From Balanoglossus misakiensis (lineage: Eukaryota > Animalia > Hemichordata), in the NCBI GenBank assembly GCA_040954595.2, contig CM082587.2, positions 6,623,705 to 6,687,704 on the forward strand: DNA of 64,000 bases, given 5' to 3'. The position numbers and the translations under genes were made by a program. A model generated the notes under the pieces. That model was not told the origin of the DNA and made no database searches. It worked only from the letters and a program-made list of their open reading frames with translations. Of this stretch, positions 26,205 through 39,773 are shown piece by piece. Position 1 is the stretch's first letter, and every line of letters begins with the position of its first letter.

Positions 26205-28270
26205 ATGTCAGTGACAGAGATCAGACGAGACACTGCAAGATTCCATGCACGTTACAAGGTGCTTCAGCAGCAGCAATTTACGTTTGTGGCCGGGCTGGAC
26301 AACAGTCGTACAGACTCCTATGAGAGGACAAAACCAGTACGCAGCATAGCAATGGTGAGCAGTGTACTCGAAAAATTAATTTTGAGATTTACATCACACC
26401 AGGGCTACAGATAACAAAGGCCAATAACCCTACTGTATATACCTAATCACTCACATAGAATGTAGTTACTGTGTATAAACCTTCCATTAAAGGCTCCACC
26501 CATGAAAATGCAAAGTGGAGCTTAATTGAAGGAAAATACAGACCCAAAATCTCTGTGCAAAATTTTCCTGACAGCACTTTGTGGTGTTCAAGTTGATGGT
26601 CACCATGACAATATTAAAGCTCTGAATTCTCCTTGAACAGGTGAAGGAATACATGCAGAGGTGCAACAACGCGACTGACAAACGTGCAATGAGGCAGTGG
26701 CTCGACTTTCTGCAAGATCTGGACGACTTCCGGCGAAAAGTCGAAGACATGGGGACATTCAACGGCCCGCTAGCCAAAGCCATGGACAAATGGAAGCTGT
26801 TTCTCAATCCAAACAATGATTTCTCTTCACTTCGAGTGCGATATCCACATCAAGAGGTAACCGTCGACAACTACTTATACATGAGCTTAAATTGTCAAAA
26901 TAGGAAATAATTTTACCCCCTGAGTGGCCTATGCTCAGGTCCAGAAAGCAGTTTTGTGAATGTTTGAGAACACTGACAGAAGTCCTCGAGACTGCAACTT
27001 GAAAATCTTGATCAGTAAGGGTTACTCCAGAATAAAATATAACACGCTAGCTGAGTGATGTTCTGTGTACACAAGATGCTGAAAAAATCATGTGATAGCT
27101 AGGGTGTATAGAAAAACTTGCAACTAAACATGGGGAGAATCCAGTAAATGAATTTTTTTTATTTTGGTTTTCTTTACCTCAATCCTTCTAGTTCTGCGTT
27201 TCACCACGGTCACTCCACACAATGACCGTGGTTTCACCATTTTGTTGGCCAACACAGTTTCCTCATCATAATTCAGACTATGGTTTATTTTTGATAATTT
27301 TCACATTAATTTCTCTATCCAGGTTAATCATCTTAGCTGTGACGAGGCACGCAACTACTACGGAGGTGCTGTGAGTCTGATTCCATCCATACTAGACTGC
27401 ATTGACATAGTTCAAGGTCAGGTCGCAGCCCACTCTGCCCTTGGCACATGGCCACCCAAAGCACAGCCTGTAGTGAGACGCAAAGTCAGCAGCGCGAGAC
27501 ACGATCGCTACCATACTGAAGGTAAAATTATTTGTCTTATGGTAAAATTATCTCTTTTATAAAAATAATCTAACCTTAATTTAATTGCTAACATCCAGTG
27601 GTATGCTGGGAGGAAACAAAAAATGCAAAATTACTTCAATGAGATTGGACACATATTGTCTGGGCGCATTTGTGTCAAGAAGGAAGACCTGTCTTGTTAT
27701 GTAGGCATGCATAGTTATCCATTTTTGGAACCTTGTGCCTTGCGTAACATAACAATATTGGAAAACTTACATATTGTATGTCCATGCATAGTTTGTATGT
27801 GTGGCATATACACGTGGAAATAGCAAAGTGACATAAAACTGGTTGTGAATGATTGACAAGCAGGGCAATGGCATGCTGAGTTGCCCAAAGCTTGCTATTG
27901 AATCCCGTATATCTAGTATCTGGCCGATCAGCACAAAGATGTATTCCAGGTTTCAAACTCTCGCTTTGTCCTTTTGCATCCTGCGACAGGTGAGCTGTTA
28001 CCCGAGCGCTCTCAGACCTCAATGGACAAAGCGATGGACACCAAAGACCTCAGAAAGAGCAAGGCGGGGGCGGTAGCCACCAAGAAAACCAGCAGATACC
28101 CCAAGAAAATGAGCGGCGATGTGGCCTACTACAGGAGAACTCTGAACGGCCGTGCTGACCAGGTGCAGGTGCCCGGCGGAAAGAAGGGAGTCTGGCGAGG
28201 CGCTTCCTACGATAGAGTCAATCATGTTGACCATAGACATTTTGTCGATTTAGATGGAAGTTACATGTAA
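26205..28270 (+). CDS. SPACA9: Sperm acrosome-associated protein 9 (C9orf9), ciliary microtubule inner protein
   Basis: Exons 26205-26354, 26641-26856, 27323-27521, 27990-28270 (281 aa). YKVLQQQQFTF, CNNATDKR and SSLRVRYPHQEVNHLSCDEARNYYGGAVSLIP match human SPACA9 (LSSLRAKYPHDVVNHLSCDEARNHYGGVVSLIP). Probable non-coding first exon ending at 25198. Confidence 0.9.
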
Positions 28271-28362
28271 GGGCTCTGGGGGTCCAGTGACCCGTGGGAT
28301 GGAAGGGAGGAAGGTCAAAACATCGTTACAATGCGCGCGTTCGAGCAATAATCTCCAATTAA

Positions 28363-28378
28363 AGGTATACAGTCACCA
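28363..28378. mobile_element. Solo left end of the TTAA-AGGTATACAGTCACC MITE family, in the SPACA9 3' UTR
   Basis: ttaa aggtatacagtcacc is identical to the left TIR of the 58689 element; no right TIR seen. Confidence 0.5.
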
Positions 28379-30086
28379 CTGCAAATATAGCCACAATTAC
28401 CATAAAAAGTGGAGATATATGAACTTTCCTCAACTTCCATCCCCGACTTTGAATCAAATCATGTACAGTAGGGAACTTAATTTTCATTTGTAAATACCAT
28501 GACAAATATATTTTACCAGTACTATGATGTATTCCTTTATAGTAATAGTTGACAATCTATAACTGACTTGATCTGTAACTAGTATGCGATACACAATGTA
28601 ACCACAACGTAGCTAGTGTGTATATATATACCTTTTCTTCCGAAGTCAGACTGTCACATTGCATTGTGTGGCCAGTTTATTTAGTGCAAATTTTACTTCA
28701 TTACACATCTGGGTATTTACAAATCAAAACTCATGTCAGATTTACCTGTCAAGAACTCCTAGAAATATGGAGATATCTTCAAACTAAGTTGTATATATTC
28801 CTTTATGACACTAAATGCCTATAGTTTATCTTATTAGATGCTTTATCAGATTTTCAGACGATTTCAGATTTTATTTCAAACTCATTTTTTTTATTCAGGT
28901 ATACTTCAACACTGATGCAATTATATGTGGGTGTTTTTTATTCTTCTTCTGTGGCTGCTAAGTAGAAACTGAAATATAAATTGATACAAAATATTTTATA
29001 TCGACAAAGAAACACTGCAATGGATCTTTGGACTGCAACCGTGTTTAGAAACTACTGGCTTTTGATGCAAACTACACAGGCTCTGATGAGGGCAGTTCTG
29101 GTATCTGACTTCTTTAATTATGCAACACAGATTTGCTGTCCTGCATATTTACAATTTTACACTGTATAAGCCTTTTCTCAGCCATAATCATTTGTGACAA
29201 TCATTCCTAATATGTCCCAGATTCATTTCACACTTTGATCATGTAGAGACATGGATAGGAAGCCCTCTACGACAAATCATGCAACTACACATGTAGATGA
29301 TTTCAGACTATCAGAGAGGGTAGCTTTTTGCATCAGTTGTTTAAGCCAAGTGCATTTCAATACATGTTGCAGCTGTGACTTAACGATTAATACAAAGTGA
29401 AACAGTATGTATTTCTTTGCACCGTTTCTATGATATAAATACAGCACCCTGTCAGATATAATGAGACTAATCAGTATCTTATTGTGTCATCTTCACTATA
29501 GAATCCACCCACGTCTGAACCAGTTTCACTTACCGTTATCAGTCGGGTAAGCACCCCCTTCTTGGCAAACACCCCCCATAAAATTCTTGTGAACTTAATA
29601 GAAACAAAATATTCACACCAGAAAATCGAGGTCTCATATCAAAATTGACTTTATTCTTAATGTGGCTCCATGACATTTGAACCACAGTGAATGTTCAAAC
29701 AAAACTCAAGGAAACGGCCAAAGTCTACTCTTTTTTCCTGATGGAGACAGCCAGGGGTATTCCTTCAATCATAATAATATGCAGAATAAGCAGCTGGGGA
29801 AACCTTACAAGATAAAGAACTCAGCGTATAAAATAATGGAATACATTATACAAGACATGTGATGGCTGTCACAATCACAGGATTTTCGGCCTTACATCAT
29901 TTTTACAAAAAGGATTGACACCTTGTCGGACAGCAAGTTTCACCTTTGACCTCCACAACACAGCATGTCCTTGATTGGGTGTGCTCAGTTCGCTCAGTCA
30001 CTTTCACCGCCGGAGTGGTTGTTTCAATTTTAGAGTACGTGTGGAGTGACAGCGACTGTGTGAATAAAACGACGACATTTGAGCCT

Positions 30087-33000
30087 CTACTCGGCGGCCC
30101 ACAGTTTGAAAGTTCTGTCCCAGGACGAGGTCACGATGTACTGGCTGTTGGGCGACACGTCCACTCCCATGACCTTGCCTTCGTGGCCGGCCAAGGTCAT
30201 CAGTGGTGACCAACCGGGGTGGGCCCACACCTGAGAAGAAACAGAGAGGAGTTGAGAGGTCACCTTGTTTATCCTTGAAAAGGGAAGACACAGATCAAAT
30301 GGAGATAAGAGTCAGGAAAAGGAACACCCACAAGGATGTGCATACTATTACCCACACACAGGCTGATAATGGCTATCCTATGACTAGTCAACGCATTTCA
30401 GCCCCATACTTACTTTGGCAGTGTTGTCATAGGAACAGGTCACAAGGAAATTGCCATTGTCTTCTGAAACAGGAAGAAATATATCAACTGTCATTGTAGC
30501 TAGCTAGAATAAATGGTCCAAATATTGATCTGAGACTTGGTTTAGAGACTTGCTACATCACTACATGCAGAGAGAGTGTTCCTATGTTGTAATCTTAGTG
30601 TGAGTCACTTACTTTGGAACTTTACCCTGGATACTAAATTACCATGTGCCGGTATCGTATAAACACACTTCCTTTGTCTCACATCCCAGATTTTCACTGT
30701 GTTGTCTTCACTACCTGATGCTATGTGGTAACTGAAAAAACACATGAACTATATGTTAGTTCTTCAAGCCAACACGCCTTTGATAAATAGACAACTCTGC
30801 GAAGGAATCATCTCTCAAAACTGGTTTTCTCAAATCCTTGGTTCCATACTTTGCGGACAAGTTTCACAAAACATTGGATAGTTATTTATTTGACACATTC
30901 CAGATCCTTACTTAACTTTCCTGTATCAGTCACGCATTGGCAAAGATTAGCTCCGACACTTTCAAGCAGATTCCTTCAACAGATTTTCTACTGAAAACAT
31001 TCCCCAAAACACCATCATTTCATTTCATATCAAGAAATGTAAGTAAATGTCTCTTCTTAATTAATACCACCAATATTTATCATCAACACTTACCCATTGG
31101 GTGAAAAGTCCATGGACAGGATACCTTTGAGGTGGCCTTCCATAAACATGATGCACCGACCCGTTCTCAGATCCCACACACGTCCAAATGAATCTAAACC
31201 ACTGCCAAGCAGAAAACCAAAGTGTCCGGTTAATGTGAGAGCATTTGCGATCAACCAATTGAACCTCCCGGCCGACTTCACATTTTGAAAATAGTCCAAT
31301 GCTAATAAATGTACTTGATGAACATACAGTTTCAAGCACTTTTCTTGTAAAACCAAATAAATACCCTCCCTGCCATACCGGTACTTACATATGTAATGGG
31401 AGCATAAAAAATCAGAGCTGCCCAAGCAAACTTCAATTATTGCACAAATTTTCCTCAAATTGAACAATATTTGCAATTCAAAATGTCTGCCAGTTTACCC
31501 AACCCTAGCATGGTAAGTCTACACATTTTCTTAACTACCAGAGCATATAGGTTGGCAGAGCTTATACTAATGGGCTACCACGATGGAATCTCATTCAGGG
31601 GTTACTAGTATGTAAAATGTGAGTAAATTTGTGAGTAACTAAAAGAAATTGTGTGGTGACTATACCCTGTTGAGACCAGAGAACCATCGCACTGAAATGC
31701 AATGGCGTAGACTGCTTTGCTGTGTCCTTCCTGGTGGAGGATTTCATCCTGTGCTTCCAAGTCCCACAGTCTCCATGAGCAGTCGTGGCTGAAACAGAAT
31801 GCACTGTTATCTGACAAAATCCCATTCTTATGGTTAAAAGCACCCAAAGTTACAGAATGGTACGCAGGGATTTAATTTAATTTTGCGGGATGAAACAAAT
31901 AGCACATCCGGAGAAAAAAAACTGAAACTCAGCAAGCTCAACAAATTTGGACCAAGAATTGAAATACAGCCCGAAAAATATCATCTTGAAGCCTTATCAC
32001 ATACTTGACTTGCAAAGTATCAGACACCCTTCAGAAGTCAATATCATGTTTATATCAACAAACACTGACTTCTTTCTTTCTTTCCTGAAACACTAAGACG
32101 CTCCACTTACCAAGTAGTTCCTAGAAATCGCCCTGATGGGTGATAAGCTATCTGTGACACCCGACTTCCATGCCCCTCAATGTCTGCAATGGGCTCGTCG
32201 CTGTAATTAAATGAAAATGAACTCAAATCTTACAGATACATGAGATCCAGTGAATGTATTGGTGATAGCCTGTATGACAATTTTGACCCATGGTAACTTT
32301 TATTTGATCAGCCGGGCATCACTAATTCTTGTTTGGTATTAGAATTTATGGAATTTAACCAATTTAAGGAAGAAAGTCTTGGTGCCAGACAGAACGAAAT
32401 CTGGTAGAATTCACTCAAGACTGAAGACCTCCTAAATAGGCAAGCACTCACCTTTCAAGCGACCACAACTTGACAGATCCATCAGCTGCACAGGACGCCA
32501 GACAACATGCAGAATTTTCCAGGCTCACTGTAGCTTCTGGGTGAAAGACTATGTTTCCAACGTTATGGTTGTGTCCTGAAAAGGGATTTGATGTTTCATG
32601 TCATGATAACGACGCGGCTCAAAGTGGAAAAATTGACAGACTAATATGTAGAGAAAGTTAGTGAGTGGAGGGTGTCGTTAAAAGAAATGTATGAACATAT
32701 AAATTGTATGTGGTATACATCGAGATGAAGTCATACATTGTAGGTCACCGGTGATCTAGGTTCAAAGGGTTAAGTGACAGGTCAATATCATGGGCAAATA
32801 GATCAACAAAGATTTTTTTTTACTTCACCTCTGAGAGTCCTGATTGGTTCACAGTCTGGAATTGACCACAGTTTACAAAGACCACTCCTGCAAAATACAA
32901 TGGATAACCGTTACTATAATCCGGCATTGGAATGCGTCAGCCTCACCCCCAAGACAAGTGATTCCGGAAGTAGGCCTATTCTATATCGCAGCAAAGTGTG

Positions 33001-35226
33001 ATTTGACAGTGCAGCAGTCTCCCCTAGGCATTGTACATGTAATATCAAATCTGTTCTCCACAACAAGACATGCGAGGTGTAGCAAATGTAGAAATAACTA
33101 CAAGAGCATATAACTCAATCGTGCTGTGTCACAAACTGACAAGTTAACACTCACCATGATGAAGTTGCCAAGATGTTTCCATCAGGACTTATCTGACAGC
33201 TACTGATGGGTCGGGTGTCTCCGATCTGACTGCACTGGTTACTGACAGACTGGGTAAAAAACAACAACAGTCATTAGTCACCAGGAAAGCAATGTAAACA
33301 CAGTGTACTTAATGAGTTTTATGATATAATGCAGCCAAGTATGGCTGAAAGCTGTGGGTGTTGTATTGGATGATTGAGAAAATCTAGTGTCCACACACAT
33401 GAAGAAAATTACTCTTACTCTCAAAAATCTGTGAAGTTCTTGTCTTTTAGCATTCTTCTGTGAATCTGGTATTTCTTTATATATCTTTGCTTCGTCCAGT
33501 CTTTTCTTGGCTCTGTGAGGACAAAAATCAACGTGCAGATGAATTAAAACTTCACTACAGTTTCTGTTCTCATCACTCAGTGTTTTTGAGCTATTTGACT
33601 GAAAATGGGTGTAAAGATTGTTCTCTCTTACCTTGGCAGGGAATACTCAGCCAGCCAGTATCTGGCTTTCTTCAAACCTGGAGGTCCCTCGTGGTACCAT
33701 GTCTTCTGTTCATACTGCAGTAAACAGAACAAAGTGTACACAGTATTTATCTCATCATTTCGATACCAGAGTTTACGCAACCTCCCAAGGTGACAGTCTA
33801 GCGTTCATTTTCTGGTTCATTTTCTTTGTCCTAGCCCAGCAATAACCTCGACAGGAAAATGGCTGCAATGTGAGTGATCAGCTTTGATGTGGCAGCTAGC
33901 ACAAGGTAGTTGGACAACCACGTCGTTCTACGTACTTTTTTCTCTTCCACTTTGGCAGGATCTTCTTTCTTCCCTTTTTTCAAGTGCAGCTCGCCAAGAA
34001 TCGCCAGAAGCTGTCTGAGTCGCTCTCTCCTGTCAGCCGGACCCTCCCCAAATAAACCTGGAAGTGACATCATTAATCATGTGACTACGTGCATCTTTGG
34101 CACTGAAAAGAAGGTTGCACAGTAAAGTGTACATATAGATGTACATAAGATGGAAATGTACAGTGGAATTTCTGTTCATTTCTCTGTTTACGTCAGTAGG
34201 AAACCAACATGGTAACTCACTTGTTGTATGGTTTATACACTGGATTTTGTAAACAATTCAAAAGAAGAGGACCTAATTTCACAATGAATGTGAGAAAGAA
34301 AATTCATGATGAGTTAGATAATGGTTTAAACATCCTGCATAAAAACACTATAAGCAAGCATACTTACATATGGGTTCACCAAGTTCTCGTAATTTCAGCT
34401 TCACCTCACTGTCGTCTGTTGACACAAGGATCTGTCTGGCCTGAAAATTGCATACATCATAAAAGTCAACAATACAGTTACTACATGTACTGTCTTTTTT
34501 CCATAATATTGTTTGTGTGTATCTTCATTTTAATGGCACATTTCTGTAGCAAGCAATCATCTAACCCTGTAATTCCTCATTAATGTTTTTACAGAAGAAA
34601 ATTAGAATCTCTGCCATTTTTTCACTTACTCGTTTTCTCCTTTCAAATTCTGCCAGCATCTCTTCACGCTGAGCGTTAACATGCTCTTCCAGATCAAAAT
34701 GGTCCCCTGAAAAAATAAATAAAAAATATTGATTGTTTGTGTAAGTGGTATGTAATGTTTGTGTTACTTTGTATATCACATACAATACAAGTACATGTAA
34801 TGTTCACGTTTGTATAATATTTGGATATTTGTTGGTACAGATATTATAGGCCACCAGCCTTTTATATAATGGCTATGGAAATACGTCATGAACAGAAACA
34901 AGTTCTGTGGGGGGGGGGGGATATGTCCCCCTTTGCCAGAATATTTGGAGGGAATTCCACTCTGGCAAGGGGGGATGTAATATCTCCTACATTGGAGTGA
35001 CATCCCCCTGGGCCCCGTCTGGATGAAACAATCGGTTCAGCTGAAAACAAAGAAACAGATGGCAGCTAACAAACAAGTTCACCTCACCTTCTGAGATATT
35101 AATATTACCGGACTGCATGGCAGTGTTGAAGACCTCATCTCCCCTGCTGCTCTTGATCTGACCTTCCAGACTGCCATAGTGCACCTTCTGTCGCTTCACC
35201 CACCTGGTGTCTTCGTCGTCTGACAT
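30087..35226 (-). CDS. PRPF4: U4/U6 snRNP protein Prp4 (WD40 repeat)
   Basis: About 14 exons. MSDDED...[96 protein letters not shown]; C-terminus [12 protein letters not shown] (TAG 30089-30087). Confidence 0.95.
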
Positions 35227-35697
35227 GGTGGTGGTTGGTTCAACAGGCACTCGTCGGGTGACAGTGACAAAGGAATTAGCAATCTGGTGGCACTGTCAAA
35301 GAGACAATATTTCAAAAATGTTGAGTGTATGAGCGTGTAACTCCACTGGTGGGCACAATGCCTAACATTGTCTACCCACCAAACCACAATTTTGCAGCTA
35401 CATGTATTAAACTCCCAACTGGCAACATACTCAACTAAATGTACACAGACCACAGCTACATGTATCCCCCCAAATCCCAACATTTGATTGGATCTGGTAG
35501 TGGTCACTTGTTACATGGCCAGATCACAGGTGCTTGAAGTTATGTTAGGATTGTCTGTGGGAAGCACGCAGCTGACAGGGCGAGGGTGCACCTGCTGAAG
35601 TATTACTGACGATCCAAGCATAACTACAAGCTACAACTCAGGTTCTGGTTTCTGTTCTCAAACACCTGGACGTGTACCACAAAGCAACATGTACAGG

Positions 35698-35770
35698 AGC
35701 CTGGAATCCAGACCCAGTGTGTTTTAAATCGCGAGTCTATCTAGAACACGGCGGGTCAGGATTCCAGACT
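35698..35770. mobile_element. Short palindromic MITE-like hairpin in the PRPF4 5'-UTR intron
   Basis: agcctggaatccagaccc ... gggtcaggattccagact (16/18 complementary), plus an inner gtgtttta/tagaacac stem. Confidence 0.6.
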
Positions 35771-36233
35771 ATAACCATACCCACGGGTCCGAAATTCTCA
35801 TTTCAGGGCGGGACTTACGTTTGGTAGCCAAATATCAACAATTTGCGTGAGATCGACTGCAGCAGCACTGTAAACACTTCCCTCATGTACTGGGCGCTTT
35901 CCAGACAAAAAACAGAATCAGCTTCGGGTTCCATTCTTTGACAACTGGATTCTTATTACAGAAAAAAACACACAGCAAGAACAAAAAACAAGGACTTTCA
36001 CCTTAATTTTATATTTTACAACTGATTTTATTTCAAAATAAGCACCCGTGGCTTCAAATTAGTGAAAATGCGCAAGATTCATGTGGGAATAATTTCTCAA
36101 CTCGAATCTGATGTGAGTGGATAATTCTACTTCCGCTCGCGTGTGTGCTGCAAGATTTGAAACGCACAGCGTACGTACAAAAGGGTTAACTCTCCATTGC
36201 AACAGGATTTAACTGCCAAGAACGTTAACGAAT

Positions 36234-36476
36234 ATGATTAAGAGAGGACCCACGCGGATCGAAATGACTCTTGACGACCTGAAAGAATTCGAGGTGATCA
36301 AGAAAGAAATCGAACAGCGAAAGAAACAGAAGGAAGCGGGTGCCACTGCCGAGCCTATCGTGGAAACTCTAGACGCCAAGGCGAAGCAGAAGGAAATCAA
36401 CGAGAGGATTGGGTATGATCCTAAAACCGTGCCAGCAACATCGAGCAGAGTCGGAGAGCTCTGCGGAGGCAACTGA
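36234..36476 (+). CDS. CDC26: Anaphase-promoting complex subunit CDC26 (APC12)
   Basis: MIKRGPTRIEMTLDDLKEFE...KK...INERIGYDPK matches CDC26 [20 protein letters not shown]...INDRIGYKP; 80 aa, single coding exon. Confidence 0.92.
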   Translation: MIKRGPTRIEMTLDDLKEFEVIKKEIEQRKKQKEAGATAEPIVETLDAKAKQKEINERIGYDPKTVPATSSRVGELCGGN

Positions 36477-38935
36477 GGTGTTAAAATATTGTGATATGAC
36501 GTTGTTTAGTTCCAGTGGGGGAATGAATTTGCCGCGCAACTGACACCACATGCACACCACCCTAATCTTGCCGTGTGCGGCGCTCTTCAGACGTCTGAAG
36601 TTCCACGGGGGAGGGGGGGGGGGTATGGCTAAATGGAGGTAAAGCCCCTCGCCCCTCGCAATACGACGAACCTCTCAAATAATATGCTGTGTAGAGTCAT
36701 TTGCGCATTTGAAGACGTATGCCTGCATTTCCAAAGACAAACATTCTGAATTAAAATGGATATTTAATTAATTGTACATTGTGGGTGGGGGACTCCTATC
36801 GTGACTGTCCAAGTAATACTAGATCCGTGTAATGATGCATCGACAGAAAACATTGTTCGATCCATTTGTGTGTGTTTGTTAATGATGAAGTGGGATGTTT
36901 ACCTTGGAGGCGTACTAGTATTTCATTTATTATGCATCATTGAATGGAGAGCCTATCTGTCTTCAAGAATCTACATATCTGACAGAATCCCAGCAATTTG
37001 CTAACAATGTACACTCACTGGATCTTTCACTGCAGCTTCATGGGATGCGCGAAGGACTTTGCATATTAACCATCTGGTAGCCATCCTCCACATGGACATG
37101 CACATTTCTTGTGACTATACGAATTCAGTAGAACATTTCCTGATGGGTATGGCATTGTTAACTCACTTGCACATGCCAAACTGCACATATAAATTGTGCG
37201 ACCATACCCATCGGAAAATGGTCCGTGCCATATCACATGACAGAAGCATCTTGCTTGAAAACTACGCGTACAATTTTAATTTTGTCTCTGAAATCTTAAA
37301 CTTTTGAAGTTCAAAAGAGAATACCGGCTTATCCTTTTTGCAAGTTGCCTGAAGCCATTCTACTCCCTTGAGTTCTGTAGAACTGTGAAAATGTTTCATT
37401 AGGAAAGCCATGAATAGCTTGATTGTAATGTTGGCATCTTGCAAGGCAAACTGCGAGTATAGAGTATCTCTGAACCTTTGTTCCTATTCTTCAAAACAGT
37501 CCGAAGCCACAAGGTGTATTGAATTGAAAATAAATTGTCAATATTATTATTTCCACTCCTTCTATGGGCAATGTCTTGTTACATGTATAATTTAGTTCGT
37601 AGGTGACGAACCTGTCATGTGCCACATTTCTAAAATGTTCGCATACAGACTGATCTTATAGTGATTTTTGTCTGCATGTCAGCATTTTTTTTAGAAAAGG
37701 AGTGGACGACCACATTCTCTAAGGGCAAATGATTTCTCATTTTCTGGGAAGTGGTTGTTCTTTTGGACAACCAGATAAAGTTAAAGGCTGACAATCGTCA
37801 GAGCAGCCTTGAACCACTAGAGATGGAGGGTTATGTCAAATTGCAGTGTAGATTAACTGTTTACCACAAATCATCAATTTGTTAAATTGCATTGTCCTGT
37901 TTGTGTTTAGCTAGAAATTCCTTGGTCACCTAATTACAAAATGAACTTGTGACCTAAAAGATAATGATGACATTTGAGACCTTGACTTTTCTATGCTACT
38001 AGTGCTAATTATGATTATGTATTTCATTCCTATCATTAAATGTCATCTGTTTTCTTTGTTTGTGTATGTGTGTGGTATTCCAAACATTCTTATTTGTGGT
38101 ATTATTTTTCTGTTAATATTTTAATACCTGCTTTGCATCATACTTTTTAACTATTTTCTTTTTGTACATAAATGCAAACCTCACCCAGATAATAGGTAGT
38201 TTGTTCAATTATTAATTAGCAATGAAATGAATTAGAAATGGCAGTTTAATCGACAATGCAACACTTAATGATAATAAAAGTCTTGTATTTAATTTTAATC
38301 ATAGAAAGGGCAGCTTTGTGTATTCATGAGCGTAAAACTCTTTGGAACTGTGTTTGTATTGGCCTTTACAACTATTTGTATGAAACTAGTGGGGGGGGGG
38401 GGGTTTCGTAGAAGGTTTTTTCAGTGAAGTGTGAATTATGATGGGCCGGGATGTCTCTCGTGAAGTGGGGAATACTTGCCACTGGGACTGTCAACCAGGG
38501 TGTGTATGTGCAGATCGTGATGCGTCTGATTGTGTTGCACTCTTATTGTAGAAAACCAATTAGAAAGGACACAACAAATAAAATGACGTCAGTTGACCAC
38601 CCATGGGTATTCTGAATTTCAGTATTGTCGGCTCCTCGGGGCAGTTTCATTCAACACACGAGGAAGACTGTGACAGCTAGCTGAGCACGATTGATGAATT
38701 TCACACAGCCACCCTTGAAGCTCCAATTCCATTAGCCGTAACTTTTCACTATGTTTTCAGTATTTTTCTCATGTGTAATATCATCTGTTGCAGTTTCAGA
38801 TTCCCGAAACATGATGAAGTGCTCGCAATAGTTTGCCTATCAACACAACATACATATAGTGATAATATGTGTATAGTCAGCATTGTTGTTGTGCAAAGTT
38901 AGAATTCACGTCCATACTAAAATTAATTAAAAAGG

Positions 38936-38938
<3 letters not shown>

Positions 38939-38967
<29 letters not shown>
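38939..38967. repeat. (TC)n microsatellite
   Basis: tctctctc run. Confidence 0.9.
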
Positions 38968-38969
<2 letters not shown>

Positions 38970-39773
38970 AATTCAGATATTAACAAATAATGTTGCACGT
39001 GAAAGTCATTTTATTTAATTCATGGGTGCCACCTGCAAGGATGGTGTAAGTCACACGTGGTATGTACATTGTCAGCCTTGTGCGGTTGCTGTCAGCCGAC
39101 AGGTACGTCATTTCAGCTAAAAAGCGATGAAAGTCTCCGAGAAATCTCATCCTGTGATGTTGCTTTCTCTGTTCGTTGTTACATGATTGGAGTTTTTATA
39201 ATGGTGGTAACTTTCAAATATAGGCATAAACGCCAGATTTTGATCGACCCAATCCATCAACAACGATTCAACAAATTGAATTTGATAGGGGGTAGGGCTA
39301 AGGGGATTGATTTTGCGGTTGAAATTGCTGTAAATGATGTATACTACATGTCGTGACTGCAGTATTTATACAAGAAAATGCGAACACAGTGTTATTGACA
39401 CTATTTTTATTCAATTATTTGCATCTAATCAACCGTTGACTTTCTACTATAGAATCCTGATAGGTAAACTGTTGATGTAGCAACGGAAATGGTTGCTTCC
39501 CATAACATTTTCAATTATGTTTCTGTTTGAAGGCGGCGAGTATTCAGTCGCACATCAGCACTGACCCATGGGAAAAAAAGACACGCAACATTCATTGGAC
39601 AATGTCATACCTGTTGCTTGGATACCAGTGGACCACAAGCCCCTTGATTGGTTGGATTATGCGAAAGAGTATCAGTAATTATGCGGCAGTGGTGTCAGTT
39701 CTGGGCGACATCATGCAGACAAGCCGCGGACGATCCTCAGTCTGGTCTTAACAAATTATCGAAGACAAGTTTA

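Noticed and set aside
31925-31990. Possible box C/D snoRNA in a PRPF4 intron (minus strand ATGATA...CTGA)
   Set aside because: Box C is imperfect, there is no convincing terminal stem and no recognisable rRNA complementarity
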